DNA of 64,000 nt from NCBI GenBank assembly GCA_965644295.1, contig CBFFRP010000376.1, forward strand, positions 124,001 through 188,000. Direction: 5' to 3'. This stretch comes from Paraphysomonas bandaiensis. Its lineage: Eukaryota; Protista; Chrysophyceae. The notes below the pieces were generated by a model. The model did not search any database, had not been told where the DNA came from, and saw only the letters and a program-made list of their open reading frames with translations. Positions 24,861 through 38,969 of the stretch are shown piece after piece. The position numbers and the translations under genes were made by a program. How positions within the stretch are numbered: the first letter of the stretch is position 1; each line of letters begins with the position of its first letter.

Positions 24861-26468
24861 TATTGCGAAGGTGCTCAGTTTTTTCTTCGCCAACAATCTT
24901 TGACATATTATTTATATTTACTCTTGAGGTTATTTACTTTGCTGAGGTTAAAGTGTACGCTGAGGTTATAATGTCACACACAAAAATATGATTAATAAAA
25001 TGATAACGTGACTGTGCTCATCCAAACTTCTATGCTAACAGATAAAGGGCTTATACCTACGATCAGTAGTTATACATCTTAAGATGCTATCTATCTAATT
25101 AAGTCAGCCAATCAATATTATCACTTTTAAAACCAACTATTTTAATTGACTATTATTGCCAATAAATAGAAAACCAAGCCTGATAGGTGCTACATAGTGG
25201 GATGTATGTATGGCTGCATATGTGAAGGGTTTAGGGTTTGTAAAAAAAATCTATGTAGGCGAAAGATTCACAAACTCCTCCAATATTGCAAAATAAATAC
25301 TTGATATCCATTTTCGATGCATATGTAAATGTTTTAACCTCACGTAAAAACTGCCTTTTCTCCATAGGAAAATTCCTATAATAGAGTAGAATACTGTAAC
25401 ATATGAGTGTACAATAGTTGTGTATGTATCTTCTGCAAGATCATACTAAACACTGCTATGAGTGACATGAACGTCACAGATTCACGCATAGTCACTCCAA
25501 AAAAGTTCAAACCACCCCTCAAATGAAAAGGAAGAGGTCATAGAAACCCTGCCTGGATACTCTAGAGTACACACAGGCTTTAAGCGTGCTGTCTCTCTAC
25601 TGCATCCTATGCATATAACTCATACGATAGAAACCATGTGCATATGATGAGTCATGATCAGACATAATTTGACTGGTAATCATCCTTTTTATCAAATATT
25701 CACGAATATTTACCAAACCTGAGATACAATGCACTACTTGGGGTAGAGGGCACAGGTAGGCTTTACATATACAGTCTTACTTTGTCAACTAAATCGTATG
25801 TTCTACAGGACTCCAGACCACTGGAACGCAACCCCCTTTAGCCATTGCTTCAAAGGTGAATACTCTTAGAGATAAGTGAAAACACTCTCATCTCAACATG
25901 GAAATACGAAATATACGACACGGGCAACTTCCTGACGACAAAACTACACAGACAGACACTGCGATGAGGAAAACATTTCGAGTTTGAAGTCATTTTAGTT
26001 GCAGTGGTGAGTGGGTAGCACCATGCTCCAGATACAGAGCATTAAGAAGAGTCTCTGCAGCATCTCAGCACCACCACTAGAGATACCTCATTGAACCTAG
26101 TCCATACATATGCTTGACAGGCCCCTCATACCCCACCCAAACACATTCATACAAACAGCATACTCAGGAGCGCATTAGTGGTGAACGCTTCTGTTGCAGT
26201 TGTATGACTATTCAGGGTGCTCCATGCGGTCTATGCATGTATGTGTGTGTGGGTGTTCTGTATGTATGTGTGTGTATCTGCTGCGGTATTATTCATATGA
26301 TCATACGAGTCTCTCTCCTCATGAGGAGCACACACCACTATACACCACTATGACCACACACTGTTCATAGTCCTCACTCGTGTCTGTGAGTAGAGGCAGC
26401 AGCAGAGCCTCTGAATCATGTACTCATATATGCATATCTCCATATCACATTCACTTCGAAGTCACCCA

Positions 26469-26646
26469 GGAGACGTTTTTTGACAAAGTGGACCAGCCCT
26501 CTACTTGTCGGACTGCACTCGAAATAAAAAAATTGTGGTCATTTTGACCACAATTTCAAGCTCTACACTCATATTCCATACGAAAAAACACAATACAAAA
26601 AAATAAAGTGGGACCAGACTGGTCCGCTTTGTCGAAAAAAGTCTCC
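26469..26646. mobile_element. MITE-like element with ~28-bp TIRs and an internal 12-bp hairpin
   Basis: Ends GGAGACGTTTTTTGACAAAGTGGACCAG and CTGGTCCGCTTTGTCGAAAAAAGTCTCC match at 25/28 positions. Internal AAATTGTGGTCA-TTT-TGACCACAATTT at 26530-26556. Confidence 0.7.
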
Positions 26647-26873
26647 CAGAGATATACTCCCATATACGCACACGTATACCTATGTACGCTATACGTATAT
26701 GTATGTATGTATACGAATGTATGTGGAGCAGGAGTGGTACTTGCAGTTCTTAAGAGTGTGCTGAATGTGAGGGTTTAGTTTGGAGTATATCAGACGTACC
26801 TCGCCTCTCATTCCATCTCACGCTCACTCCACTCCCTCCACACCTGAGTGTGTGATCACTTCTCATAGTCCTC

Positions 26874-29163
26874 ATGCCGGTGTTGTCGGCGGTGTCTCTC
26901 TGTCGGAGGTATGTGTCGAGGACCCTCTTCTGGGGGAGCTGTGTGTCATACACACACACAACACTCATAAGGAGCGCAGCTGTATATGGAAACACCTCTC
27001 TTGGCGTTAACTCACGCCATTGCTCCATACAGATTCCTGCTATGGATCGCATTAAACTGAAGGAGTTTTACGGGCATATAAAAAACATGCAGTTTGAGTC
27101 AGCGAGAGACATATACGCGGACATAGCGGGAGCGGTGGCTCCCAGTAAAGAGATGCATCGGAATGTACTTGGGGCGTTGCTGACAACATGTAGCAAGAAA
27201 GAGCATCTTAGTTGTGCGATTAGCATTGTGGAGGAATTGAAATCTTTAGGCACACAACTTACAGATGGCCACTATGTGCCATTGATTCGTTGTTGTTGTG
27301 ATGGCAGTAACATTGACGATGCCTTCGAATATATCCGTGAAATGAAGAATTCTAACCTTCAAATGAAGTTACGTGTATTTTCTCCCATTATTGAGCACTA
27401 CTGCAGTCGAAAGGATAGCGAAGGGACTCTTAGAGCCCTTAGCGTAGCGTTGGCATTGAATTCCTTTGGGCTCTTCCCTGATACCAAACATGTGATACTG
27501 ATCATGAAGACAGCTCTTATGTCTGGAGCGATTAAAAGATCTGTGTTCAAACGGGATATGGATGAACTTCTGAGTCGTACAGCGGAGGAGCATTACGGAG
27601 TGGTCCATGACGACGCTATTGACCTTGTGAGCTGTATGCGATCCTTGCCAGTCTCTGATGTGATGGCCGAAGGAACACTTGCAGCTGATCCAGGTTCCAT
27701 ACCTGGCAAGATTTTAAAATTTAATAAGAACGGCACAGTAGTTGCCAGAGACTATAGACCACTTCCAGAACCTTATGTTTCGAGAGATCAAGGACACAGC
27801 ACCGTGACGGCGTATGCTCCTCAGAAATCCTCCTTGAGATCAATGGATGAAATGTTGTACTCAGTGTTAAAATATGGTAATATTAATATGAGCAGTGTTT
27901 TATTTCATTAAACAGCGAATTGATTTGCCGTCTCTGTATTCTATGTGTGCCGAAAATATGTTGTTTACATATATATGGCAGTAATGTAAACGAATATCTG
28001 CAGATTCTGCTCAAGGGCAGCCCTCTTCTCCTCCACAGCACTCCGCCTCGATTGTCCACATCCCCAACCTCACATCCACGTGCCCTAATTGCGAAGCACA
28101 TCTTCCGGCTTGTACGCTCACTGATAGAGACAGGGAAGACATTAGAAGGGCCCTCATTGATATTTGCAGGTCTCGTGGAGAGCGAACTTTGCAAGCGATC
28201 AAGGTAGTATTTATCACAATGGTTGTGATGTGGTGATTTTTTTCATATATATACTTTAATATGAATTTAAATTGTGTTGTGATATGTTATATGTGTCGCA
28301 CTGTATATGCTTTCGCGCAAACTTTGACAAAATTTGGACAGGCATTTGATATTTGGCTACATCGAAAGAGAGAACCTTACTACGACTACGTCATCGACGG
28401 CGCAAACGCAGCCTATATGCACCAAAACCACAACGAAGGAAAGTTTTCTTATGAACAGGTGCAATATGAGTTTAGCTCTTTTGCCTGTATTTAATGTCGT
28501 GCCATATCAGATTGAAGCATTATATGACTCTATCAAGCGTCGAATAGGGGAAAATACTCGCATTCTCGTTTTCATACCCCTACCGTACACCAAAGCTACT
28601 CGACCGAATAGTGTGGGTAGAAGTGCGACAAAGCGATCTGCCAATGACGAGGTAAATGTTCCGTAAATTTTCTAATATGCAGTGATTCATTATGCGTGAT
28701 ATAGCGCATTTTGGACCGATTGAAGCGTGAGGACGCCTTGTATATTGTGGGGAGTGGTGTTGATGACGACCTTAGTATAATATACGCCACATTATGCTGT
28801 CAGAGTGATAGGGTTAACCACACATATGCCGTGACCAATGACATGATGCGCAACCACAGAGTACTAGCGTTTATGAATCCAAGAGTATTTTACCGTTGGC
28901 AGACAACGCAAGTAGTGAATTATGCCTTTGAACGCCCTTTCCCGATGTTGTCCAAAAATACGGCGAAAACCTTCTTAGTTCATCCAGGTATGTTCATTGT
29001 GTTATTGTGACTTGCATTAACCTTTACTGTAGCGCCGTTTGTCAGAGAAATTCAGTACGCGTCTTCAAAGGACAGATGGCATGTTCCAATAGTTGACAAG
29101 CATTCATGGTTATGTTTGAAACATCATGATAGGGAGCAGTCATTATTTGTTGATACTCAATAA
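26874..29163 (+). CDS. PRORP: Protein-only RNase P (PPR repeats, Zn-binding central domain, NYN nuclease), multi-exon
   Basis: PPR-like helices (HYVPLIRCCCDGSNIDDAFEYIREMK, RVFSPIIEHYC), CPNC, YDYVIDGANAAY, VDDDL..IYA, VTNDMMRNH, FYRWQ and EIQ...WHVP...WLC. Confidence 0.92.
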
Positions 29164-29563
29164 ATATTTAAATATAATTAATATAACAATAGATAGCTGG
29201 CAACGATTCTTCGCATTGTCAGCGTATATTTCTAAATTGTGTTATCTCTATTGACGTGGAGGAATTCTCCCTACTACTTTCTGAATGCCAGAGAGTGTTC
29301 AGCGTGATGTTCCATCATAAAGAAAGTTTTGATTTGTGTGTAGTACTATTGCCATGTCTGCCTCATCAAAACCTGTCGAAGCATGGCATTGACCCCTTCC
29401 GTTGAGTATTTGATTTGTTCCTACTGATTTCAGAGTAAAATTATGCATACTTCCGTTCATATAATTACTTGGTCTTAAAAGTTAAGGTAATTAGTGGTTA
29501 TTAATACGATAATATTTGATATTATCAAACCCGCAATACTTTTATACAAATGTACTTTTCACC

Positions 29564-30008
29564 AGTCCCAGGATACCCACCCGACACTCTCTGCAATACT
29601 CCAACTACTCCAGGCAACATCCACCCCAAGAACTACACTCTCTGCAAGAGTCCAGACCCGACAGAGGCAAGCGCAACCACTCCGGAAACAACTCCTCCTT
29701 ACTTGTGGCCGAAACCCCACCTCAACAACCAGCACCATCTCCACCATCGACTTACACTCTCATATACATCTCGCCTCACCCACCCCCCACATAATCCATG
29801 GCACAGGCCCGCCAGACACATTGCCCAAAGGTAGACCCCCCGACTAACCTCAATACAAGGGACGGTTGCACCATGGTGCTCGCAGCGATGCAAAAGCAGT
29901 CCCGAGAGCCACTAGTAATATTTAGCAAATCTAGTTATTACTGTAGTTAGTCTATAGATATAAACTAGTTTCTGTACACAACCGTTCTCATGTAATAATC
30001 AGACTTTC
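29564..30008 (+). mobile_element. Type B non-LTR (LINE-like) 3' end
   Basis: 29657-30004 is near-identical to 52857-53213. The ORF ends GPPDTLPKGRPPD*, followed by GGTTGCACCATGGTGCTCGCAGCGATGCA and the terminus TAATAATCAGAC. Confidence 0.75.
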
Positions 30009-30992
30009 CTATAAAAATGTACTTCTCAGAGAAACATTTTGGAAACCTCATTCTTTTTAGGAATGAGTTGTATGAATTGAAATAGCTCCTTTTCTATCAT
30101 GGATAATTTTTAATATTATAATATCAGTTATGTACTGCTAGAGATTGGACATTTCACTGAAGTTAACTTTGCTCTACACGTAAACCTTAACCTTGCTTTG
30201 TTGAACACAATGCACTTTCAATTTTCAAGAACTAAGAAATTGGGATTATTAATCGCAACATATCACCACTCCATATTCGTGTAACATCTGGTAAAACATC
30301 AGGTTTCACATTATTAGTACTGAAGTATTATTTTACTGTAATTTGTATCTGAGCGGTTAAAGATAAAGATAGGTGTAGCGGGTGAATATAGTTGCAAAAA
30401 AGGAATTACATTGGCTTCAGTGACTGGTGTGTGGCTATATATAAGATATAGGAGAGACTGGTGAACATATTATGATAAATAGATGTTGCCGAGAACAGGT
30501 TAAATCACAATACCAGCTTTTGATGTTATCTCGACTTTAGCTTAATAGGAGGTTTCAATTTTCAATAGTAGTAATAAAACACGCATAATTTCAATAACTT
30601 CTACGCACTTGAGTTTTTCAAAATGTATTTCAATTTTCAATGTGATATCTGCTATAAAATGGATACTCATTAGTTGCACCAATCTATTTACAGCTTTTAA
30701 TCTGTGATCATCATCATCACACTATATATGCCAATTTATAAAAATGGATAGTATATTCCGCATTGTACTACTTTGTATTTTAAGTATCCTTCTCTTCCGT
30801 CGATACTGTGCATAATATATGTTTAAGTATACGTAAGAGAGAATTATAAATATCAGATTTAACAGAGGCTATATATATCACGATATTATTCATATAATTT
30901 AATTGTTATTCTGACTTAATATCTGCTTTTTTTGAATATTGCTTACGTGATATTTACAGAGTAGAATCACGAGTATGACTAAATGCCGAATA

Positions 30993-32751
30993 TTATGCAT
31001 ATCTTGTAGAATAAGTTCCACTTCCATTTAGTGATGACCTTATGTTAGGACTGTGGGCTAAATCATAATTTCCATCAGTATCTGCGTGCAACAAATATTC
31101 TCCAAATGAATCCAATGCACTCACTCCAGGCAGCTGCGAATCCGACATGCTTGTAGACTGCCGTGACCTCGAATAGTTCGCATATAGCGCCATCGACATA
31201 ACACATGCCCCAGTCATTGAAATGTAGAGCGCAAGCTGCAAGTTATAAAAGACTTAATACATGAACAGCACACAGGATGTACTAAACTCCCTTGCCTCTT
31301 GACTTTTCAAAATATATACATGCTAACCTACCGCGCAGAATGTCGTAATGCGGGTTCCCTGACAATAGATCATGGACTGATATTCAGTGGGGTATCCATA
31401 GATCGCCGCCCTAGAGGCTACAACAATATAAAAGTACGCTTCCATTATAGTAGTTGATGTGTTAAAAAGGCGTATAGTAAACATTTAACATAATATGGAT
31501 ACTTACTATCTCTGAAATAATCAAAGCAAACAGTATCCTTATCAAGGTTCAAATCATAGTACTGCGCCATAACGTAGAACATAGACGATGCGTTCGTCAA
31601 AAAGAAGAGAAAGGAAGCACCAGCAATGTATCGAAGGGAAGCAGCGTCACATTGGAAGTATACGCGCACCGATGATACAAGTACTACAACCCAGCAGATA
31701 CCTTCACATTGCAAGTAGAAGTATTAATCATGAACGCTATTAGTATTCAATGTGGTGATATCATGTACACAACAGTAACAAAAAATACATACTTGTGATG
31801 TTGATGTATCCTGGCTGAAAAGGAAAGTATAAATCCGGATAGTGCACAATACCTCCTTCCTCATCGGTGTCATCAACTACTTCAGCTGAATGCGAATTTT
31901 GCAAGCATTGCAGAGAGTTGATAGATGAAATTACTCTTCCCAGAAACTGACCCACATAACAGCATGCCATCAGACAAGTGAGTCCGTACACTGCCTGTGA
32001 GCCCACAACAGGTGTGGGTGAAACACGCATGGGGTCGGATAGACGAAGATGCTCAAAATAGAATAATATAGTGGTGCTGATGACCTGCATTAAAACCAGA
32101 AAAACCTAAAGACAAAGAATGAATAAATCAGTATTACATGAGACACGACTAAAGAAAAACACAATGCAGTACAAAACCTACATTAAGAGCAAGAGTATAT
32201 GAAACAAAGGAGTAAGCAGTACCACAATCATTTTCCCCATTATTTACATCTATAAATGCAGATCTGTTTAGCCAATAAAAGAATAACACGAGCGTAGCAG
32301 AAGTTTCACTTGGAATAGGCAAAGGAGGAGAGGCCGTGTAATATGTAACCGACAACATACTGCACCACACACCAAAGAGCACAGCCGGAAGCGCCCAGCC
32401 CTGAAACTTCAACGACTGAAGAGTAGCGATTTGACCAAGAAAAGTCAACACGAGTGTGCCGGTGCAAACATAAATCAACGAGTGCACAAATGATCCTAAA
32501 TCTATTTTCTTGTCAAGCGCGTCATTTGCAGACTCATGAGACAACACCGCATAGTTAGGTTCAAACAAACACGACTCCCAGTTATGAGTAACATCACTCG
32601 GCTGAACTCCGCCCACATATCCCAACCATGCTGTGTTCACAGAGAGAGCCAACGCCGCCGCAGTCCACAGATAAAACAGTCTCTCGTGTATGTGTGTCCT
32701 GTCGACGAGTCGCCCGATGAGATCGATAGCATGAGATGTATGCACAGGCAT
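30993..32751 (-). CDS. Uncharacterised multi-pass membrane protein (about 5 exons)
   Basis: Consecutive hydrophobic ORFs (32149-32751, 31761-32090, 31445-31714, 30993-31241) separated by GT-AG intron-like gaps. No family recognised. Confidence 0.6.
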
Positions 32752-33290
32752 TGCCGTATAAGTAATGAACAGAGACCATCTCTCTTCACTGAGAGCAATG
32801 AAGACACTGAGAGTAGACAGGTTGACACCTCCACAGTCATGGTGTTACACACACCTCAGTCTGATGTTAAATGAAGCTATCTGCACACCTCAACAGCATG
32901 ACTGAATGAGCAGCACACAGCAGCAGCGTGATCACACACAAGGAGAGCATGTTGGCCAATAATACGAGTTCAAGTAGAAATGATTGGGTAATACGTATCA
33001 CACCCATTTTTTATCCTATGTCATGGTTTCTTGGATTTTCGGTATCAGAGATCTCAAAACCCCTGTATTTTTATAGTATGATATCCACTTGTACGACATT
33101 TTCTATATGATTCGATCAGTGGTATTGTCCTGTACATGTGTGTGAGCAGAGGGCTGCAGTGGACTCACTGCCTGTATATGGTACGTGTGTGTATGTATGT
33201 CTACATGGCGGTCGCTCATTGTTCTTGCTCATCATACACACAGCAGCTCATAGTGATATAGAAGCACAGCTATCAGCAGTTAGCTCCTCA

Positions 33291-36212
33291 ATGAACTCAG
33301 AGCAGCACATTACTATCCAACTGGGCAACTACAGCAACTTTGTCGGTTCTCATCTTTGGAACTTTCAGGACGAGATCAGCGCTACAGACGCAGCGGATGA
33401 GGACCACACAGACACATACAGGGCACAGCAGCTGTATCGTGTAGGGAGAACGAGATCTGGAAGGCCGACATGTACACCTCGTGCCCTGATAGTGGATTAC
33501 AGGTGTGTGTGTAGTAGAATAGGAGCCGTTGTGAGGGTCTGTGCACTGACTGTGTGCTGTAGAGGGTCACTTGGGTCACTGAACCCTCAGGGCACAGTGT
33601 ACAACGATTGCAATGACGGGAGTGTGTCTGGCGGTACCTGGAGTGGAGCGACACAAGTAATTGAGGAAGAACCAGAACAAAAAAACGATTTTCTGAAAAT
33701 GCTGGAGAGAGAAGATAACTACAGGTACGATCGTTTCTCACTATATCGCGATTGTGGATGTCAAGAAACGGCCTGTTTGGCTGGTATGTACATGTTTTGT
33801 TGATAGTATTCTTTAATGTAGCTGGGATGCCCACCAACATGCAAGCAATACTGAAGTTAATGATGAACACGAAGTAGATGATACAGATGATGTCGCACCC
33901 ATTGAGGACAGGTACTTTCGGAATTCGTTTTTGTTTTAGTTTATCTGATTTCATATAATTGTTAGTGACGTCAGAGTTTGGTCGGACTTTCTCAAGGTTT
34001 GTGTTATTCACTCACGGAAAACGCATTGAAGTGTATTACCCAATATTTCTAACCAGCTTTCCTCTGCTGTGAATATTGAACATATTTAAGTTATGTTGTC
34101 AATACGTACGTTTACTAATGAAAGATTCTGTTAGGTGCACCTTCATCCAACAACTGTACATGAACTACCACTATGGCCTGCCAGTGACCCTTTTGACCTG
34201 TACTGTTCAGGTAAAATATACCTGATAGTATCCCATTACTATCCTGTTTGCTCACGTCGTACTTGATGCTTGCCTTTTCTACGATATATAGACGATATAC
34301 CTGTATAGGTCATACACATGTTGCTATGGATTAAGTCCCATATTTTTTCCCTTAATGCACATACTTGATGCATCACGGATTGCTGTGGTCTTGTATTAAA
34401 TTGAATGTAGGGTTCATGCTCGGCCAAATAGCACCAGATGAAAGAGAGGATTACTTCGATGTGATTAGGTGATAAATATGTTGAAGTCTTATGTGCTGGA
34501 AATTGGTTACACGTTCATATATTTTTTGCTGTAGGAAGATGGCGGAGGACTGTGACCATCTGAGATGTGTGACTGTGATGGCAGATCTCTTTGATGGGTT
34601 TGGAGGCCTTGCCGCATCGCTTGTACAAGAGATAAGGGATGAAATGCCAAGAATCACAATGGTAATAAATTTGCCTATAATAATCTGTACTCCTCGATAC
34701 GGGCCCCATTATTATGATGTAGTTAATATCCAGTATTCGACTTTTCCTTGTATATATAATTGTGAATTTTAGCCTATCTGGGGATTTACCGATGATCACT
34801 CTCCCTGTATTTCCAATTCCATGGATAGTGCTTCTTCTCGCCTTAAAAAATGTAACATACCTCTGGCCTATGCAGCCCTGCTGGGAAATGATATGGCGAC
34901 GCTGATGTGCCCACTGAGCTCCACAGCAGCTCTCCATGTCTCCCCCTTTATGGACCCTAAAGAGTCTGCGTTTCATACTTCCGCCGTTCTTGCGAGTGGA
35001 ATAGAAGTGGCAACTGGGGCACAAAGGCTTATCGATTTTGGTAGTGGATCCTCTTCTGGAAATAGAGTGCACGACGGAGGGATCGCACAGTGGGCGGCGG
35101 AGGTGACCTGCAACCATCAGTACAACTTGACTACCCTTGAGGCGTGCATCCCATTCCCACTTAAGACAGAACGAAATTCACAAGATGCTTTCGCACCATT
35201 TTGGCACGTGCTGCAGTCCTCTGCTGTTGACAGGGTGCATAGAGTTGCAACGGTTAATCCTTACATGAGCCCTTTATCTTCGGCGGTGTACGGCAGCTGG
35301 GCAGGCCCTGCAGACAGACTTCTGGCCATTAGAACAGCTCGGCCGTCTTCTAATATAGTCAGCTGCAGAGGCATTATAGATCCTGGTATGCACTTGTACT
35401 GTACTGCGAATTTCAGTGTAATAGATTCCGTATGGGGCCTAAGCTTGTGACGCTTGTTACTACGATGTGTTCTATTGACCAAGGATATATTTATGTATAG
35501 GGTTCAGTTCAAAGCTCTATAGTCAGTGCCAATCTGCGTCATATGGAATAACTGGTATGTATTCCCGGACTACAAAGCTTCCTATTCCACTCAGGTAAAC
35601 GAATAGTGTGTACATTAGTTGCCTTTGCTGCTGCACGACGTGTATATTTTTGTTGAAAGCATGTACGATGATGCGCCATTCTGATACACGTTTTGTTCGA
35701 TATTTTGTTTATTTTTTGTGGACGTGTGCAGTTTTCCACGACTCTTTCGGGGTGTGTGCGACGAAGGTTTCCTCGACACATCTTACGCTCACTGCAACAT
35801 GGGAAGTATATCTAAGGAGGTATTTCCTCCTATTAGTGTTGACGCTGTAAGAGCTGGTGGTGGTGGTAGTACTACAAGGGATTTCAGTGGTGAGGGTGAA
35901 CGAAGACATTGCATCACCAGTGCAGGCATGGCAGGTGAGTGACATCTGACCTGGAGGATGTTCATAACAATATTCGTAGGGATGGGATTCGACTCTCATT
36001 TAGTGTCGGGACATATGGAAACAATTCAACGTGCCTGGGCAGAACGGGGTGCCGCTTCCAATGTTCAACTAGATAAAGCTGGGCTGTCATCGGATGAGTG
36101 TGCGGAGATAAGCGAGACCCTTCTATCCCTGGCACAAAGGTAAGAAAGACTGCACAGAGCGAGGTGTTTTTCGTTAACTTTGAATTAATATCACCCCAGG
36201 TATTCAGAGTAA
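33291..36212 (+). CDS. MSTO1: Misato/DML1 tubulin-like protein (multi-exon)
   Basis: Motifs ITIQLGNYSNFVGSHLWNFQDE, LYRVG...TPRALIVDY..GSLGSL, VRVWSDFLK|VHLHP, AEDCDHL...DLFDGFGG and FHTSAVLA. Confidence 0.93.
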
Positions 36213-36794
36213 ATGATGGGTATGATGTTTATACGAATTGTGTGAGTTATAGATAGTTGAGAATATATTGTGAACTGCGTGAGCGTAATAAATTGTTATC
36301 CCTTTAAAACGTGTCTTTTAAATCTTCATCTTATAGGGAGAACATTTTCGATATAACCCTGTACAATTCCAGGGTTGTGCAACTATTAATTGAAAGGCCC
36401 TTTTACCGTCAAGTGTAATCGAATTATGCTTAATTAAGCTACGTTAGCAAGAGCTACTTCCACTGTTTCGATATTCCACTAGAGTCAGTTAAAATGCGGT
36501 TACGTAAAAGGCTCATTGTATTTTTAGTTCTACGTAAAATCGCTTTAAAATGTGTTGTCGTGATCAATACGTGACTCGTACGATACTTAGTTTGAATGAA
36601 AGGTTAGTTTTTGGTGATCTACCAACAGCTGCAGAGCTCTGTTGAGAGCATCGGTTTTTCTGACCCATCATTGTATTATTCATCATCATTAACAAAACAA
36701 AAGAAGATATAAATTCTATCGTTGCCTTTACCACAGCAGTTTCAAAAACTGCTTTGAATGCACAAAATATGCAACTTGCACATAGAATATTGCA

Positions 36795-36903
36795 CTACTA
36801 GTAAGTAAATGGTAGATGCTTATCTAGCTTGACTAGTTTATTCATCGAGCTACTAACCTGGTTCTGACTCTTGAACGCCTATTGCTAAATAAACAGACAT
36901 TTA
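36795..36903 (+). mobile_element. Isolated retroposon 3' tail
   Basis: TTATCTAGCTTGACTAG...AGCTACTAACCTGGTTCTGACTCTTGAACGCCTATTGCTAAATAAACAGACATT matches 12400-12490. Confidence 0.7.
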
Positions 36904-37149
36904 CACATTTACTATTGCACATTAACTCTCTCCCTAGCCGGTCTCATAGCATAGTGTATATTATGGTACATGTATATGGAGCAGTTATGTTTTAGAAGGA
37001 ATACTTATTACATTCGCCATTTTGCACGTTTATACTACTGCAAGTTACCTATTTAAGGAATAGATTGGAAATTGACAATACAATTCGCCAACATCACCAC
37101 ATCCACAATTAAATGCCGCTTCAGGCACAAGAGGACTTACGATGTAACC

Positions 37150-38969
37150 CTACTTGTACCCCTGGTTTACCTCCAAAACATCTGCCCCGCCAAAATTATC
37201 CTTACCCTCAGCTCCAGGCGCATCCTGCCGCATTGCCTGAAAGTGAGGGTTGTCTCTAAAGTCCATATACAGCGAAAACATAACATGCAAGGATTCCACA
37301 GGGTTGTCATATGTAGGAATGTCGAGGATCGAGCAGAGGACTTTCGCATATTCCGCCAGTGAGAGATCAAGGTCCGGCGAAGGGAGCTGCAACGTTTCAA
37401 GTGCAGCCTCAAATTGCTCAGGCCAAACATCCATCAATGTTTCGATGTCCGGCATGTTTTTCTTATAGTGCACCTAAATCCATACAAGCCGTTTTAATAA
37501 GCATATTTTCAAGTTACTTCAACAATCACTATATCTTCGCTTCCAGTCCAGACTATCACGGTATGCTACCTGTGGTGGTGGCTTGGATCTGTGGAGATCA
37601 CGTATATTCTGGATCCATTTGTCTATAGCTCCTGGGTTCTTTTCAGCATTTTCTATGGATCGGACGACAACATCTCCGTATTGCTGCTTCTTACTAGTTG
37701 CCCGCAGCTGCAGCTCTAAGACAGTAGGGTCTGACTGCGCAGTAGCAGGTTCATCCAGTATCTTGAAGCCAAGGTCATCATCCTCACCATCTGGACGAGG
37801 TACCTGTGACAAAAAAAAACTGTTAGAAAACGTGGCTACTCTACCATGTGAAGATACAATAGCAAAGGTGACAAAGTTGCCAGTGCTAAATTAATTTTTA
37901 CCTTTATGAAACCGTCAATCTCCCCTATTGCAGGAATATATTCAGGAATAAAGCACTTCAGTGACGTCTCAAGCTCAACTTCTTGCGGTTTGTATCGTTC
38001 TATGTACTGGAAGAGGTCTTTCACTTCGGCTGCCACATTGAGGTGTTGATAATCTCTTGGATTGTAAGCCCCTTCAATACCCTCATAAGAATCATGCTCC
38101 CCCTCCCCCTCATCATCATCATCTTCCTCTTCACTAGATTCGTCCTCGTCATCATCACCAACACTCTGAGAGAAGCATGTACAACAACAGAATTATACAC
38201 GAGGCAAGGAATGTTAAAGGAATGACACTTCAGTAATACGTTCGAACATTACTTATTTTATCATAATTGAAGCGTAGTGTACCTGTCTGTGTACCTCCGC
38301 TGCTTTGGACTGTGCTGCGCCCATCGAAAAACTACCTGTGGGTGCAGGTGCCTTGATATCCATAGACACCTAGTGTATACAGTGAATGTGCCTCACAATA
38401 AGTGCATAGTGCTATATTTTTCAGGATATTGCAAACATACCTGCGCAACTGGCTTTGATTGATTACCTCTTCCGCTTTGCGTGTCAACGCTCTCATCAGA
38501 CCCAGAGCGTGAAAATTCAAGGGCCTCATCAAAAGGCCTGTTCGAAATGGAATTAGATTTGTTCAATTCTGCTTTGATGTCTTCTCTCGCTGGACGGTTA
38601 TTTTTGGCAGGCGGGGTAATATGCTGATCCATACTTTGACTTACTTCGACGGCCTCGTCGTACTTATCATTCGTTAACTTCTGTTCCTTACTTTGCTATT
38701 AATTCATTAGACACTATGACAAACAATCAGTCATACGGAACCTTTGCATCTCTCCTTCCATCAAAACTCTCAGCAACAGATAAGTCTTGACTGACTTCAT
38801 ACGCCTCATCATATGGTTTATTGTACTGAGGAACAGCCTATAAGCCGACAGATTACACACACGTATATTGATGTCGACCTCTACTCACTCGTCTACTGTG
38901 CTTTGCCTCATCTACACTCTCCTCAAACTCATCCAGCTCATCAGAAAACTCGTCATCTGAGTTGGACAT
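37150..38969 (-). CDS. IFT46: Intraflagellar transport protein 46 (multi-exon)
   Basis: Motifs LFQYIERYKPQ..EL...LKCFIPEYIPAIGEIDGFIKVPRPDG, LDEPATAQSDPTVLELQLR, LHRSKPPPQV.Y...MPDIETLM..WP and SLHVMFSLY..FRDNPHF. The acidic first exon MSNSDDEF starts at 38969. Confidence 0.96.

Noticed and set aside
25880-25990. LTTKLHRQ resembling a Penelope-like RT thumb motif
   Set aside because: Lacks the preceding FLD motif and any further RT similarity.
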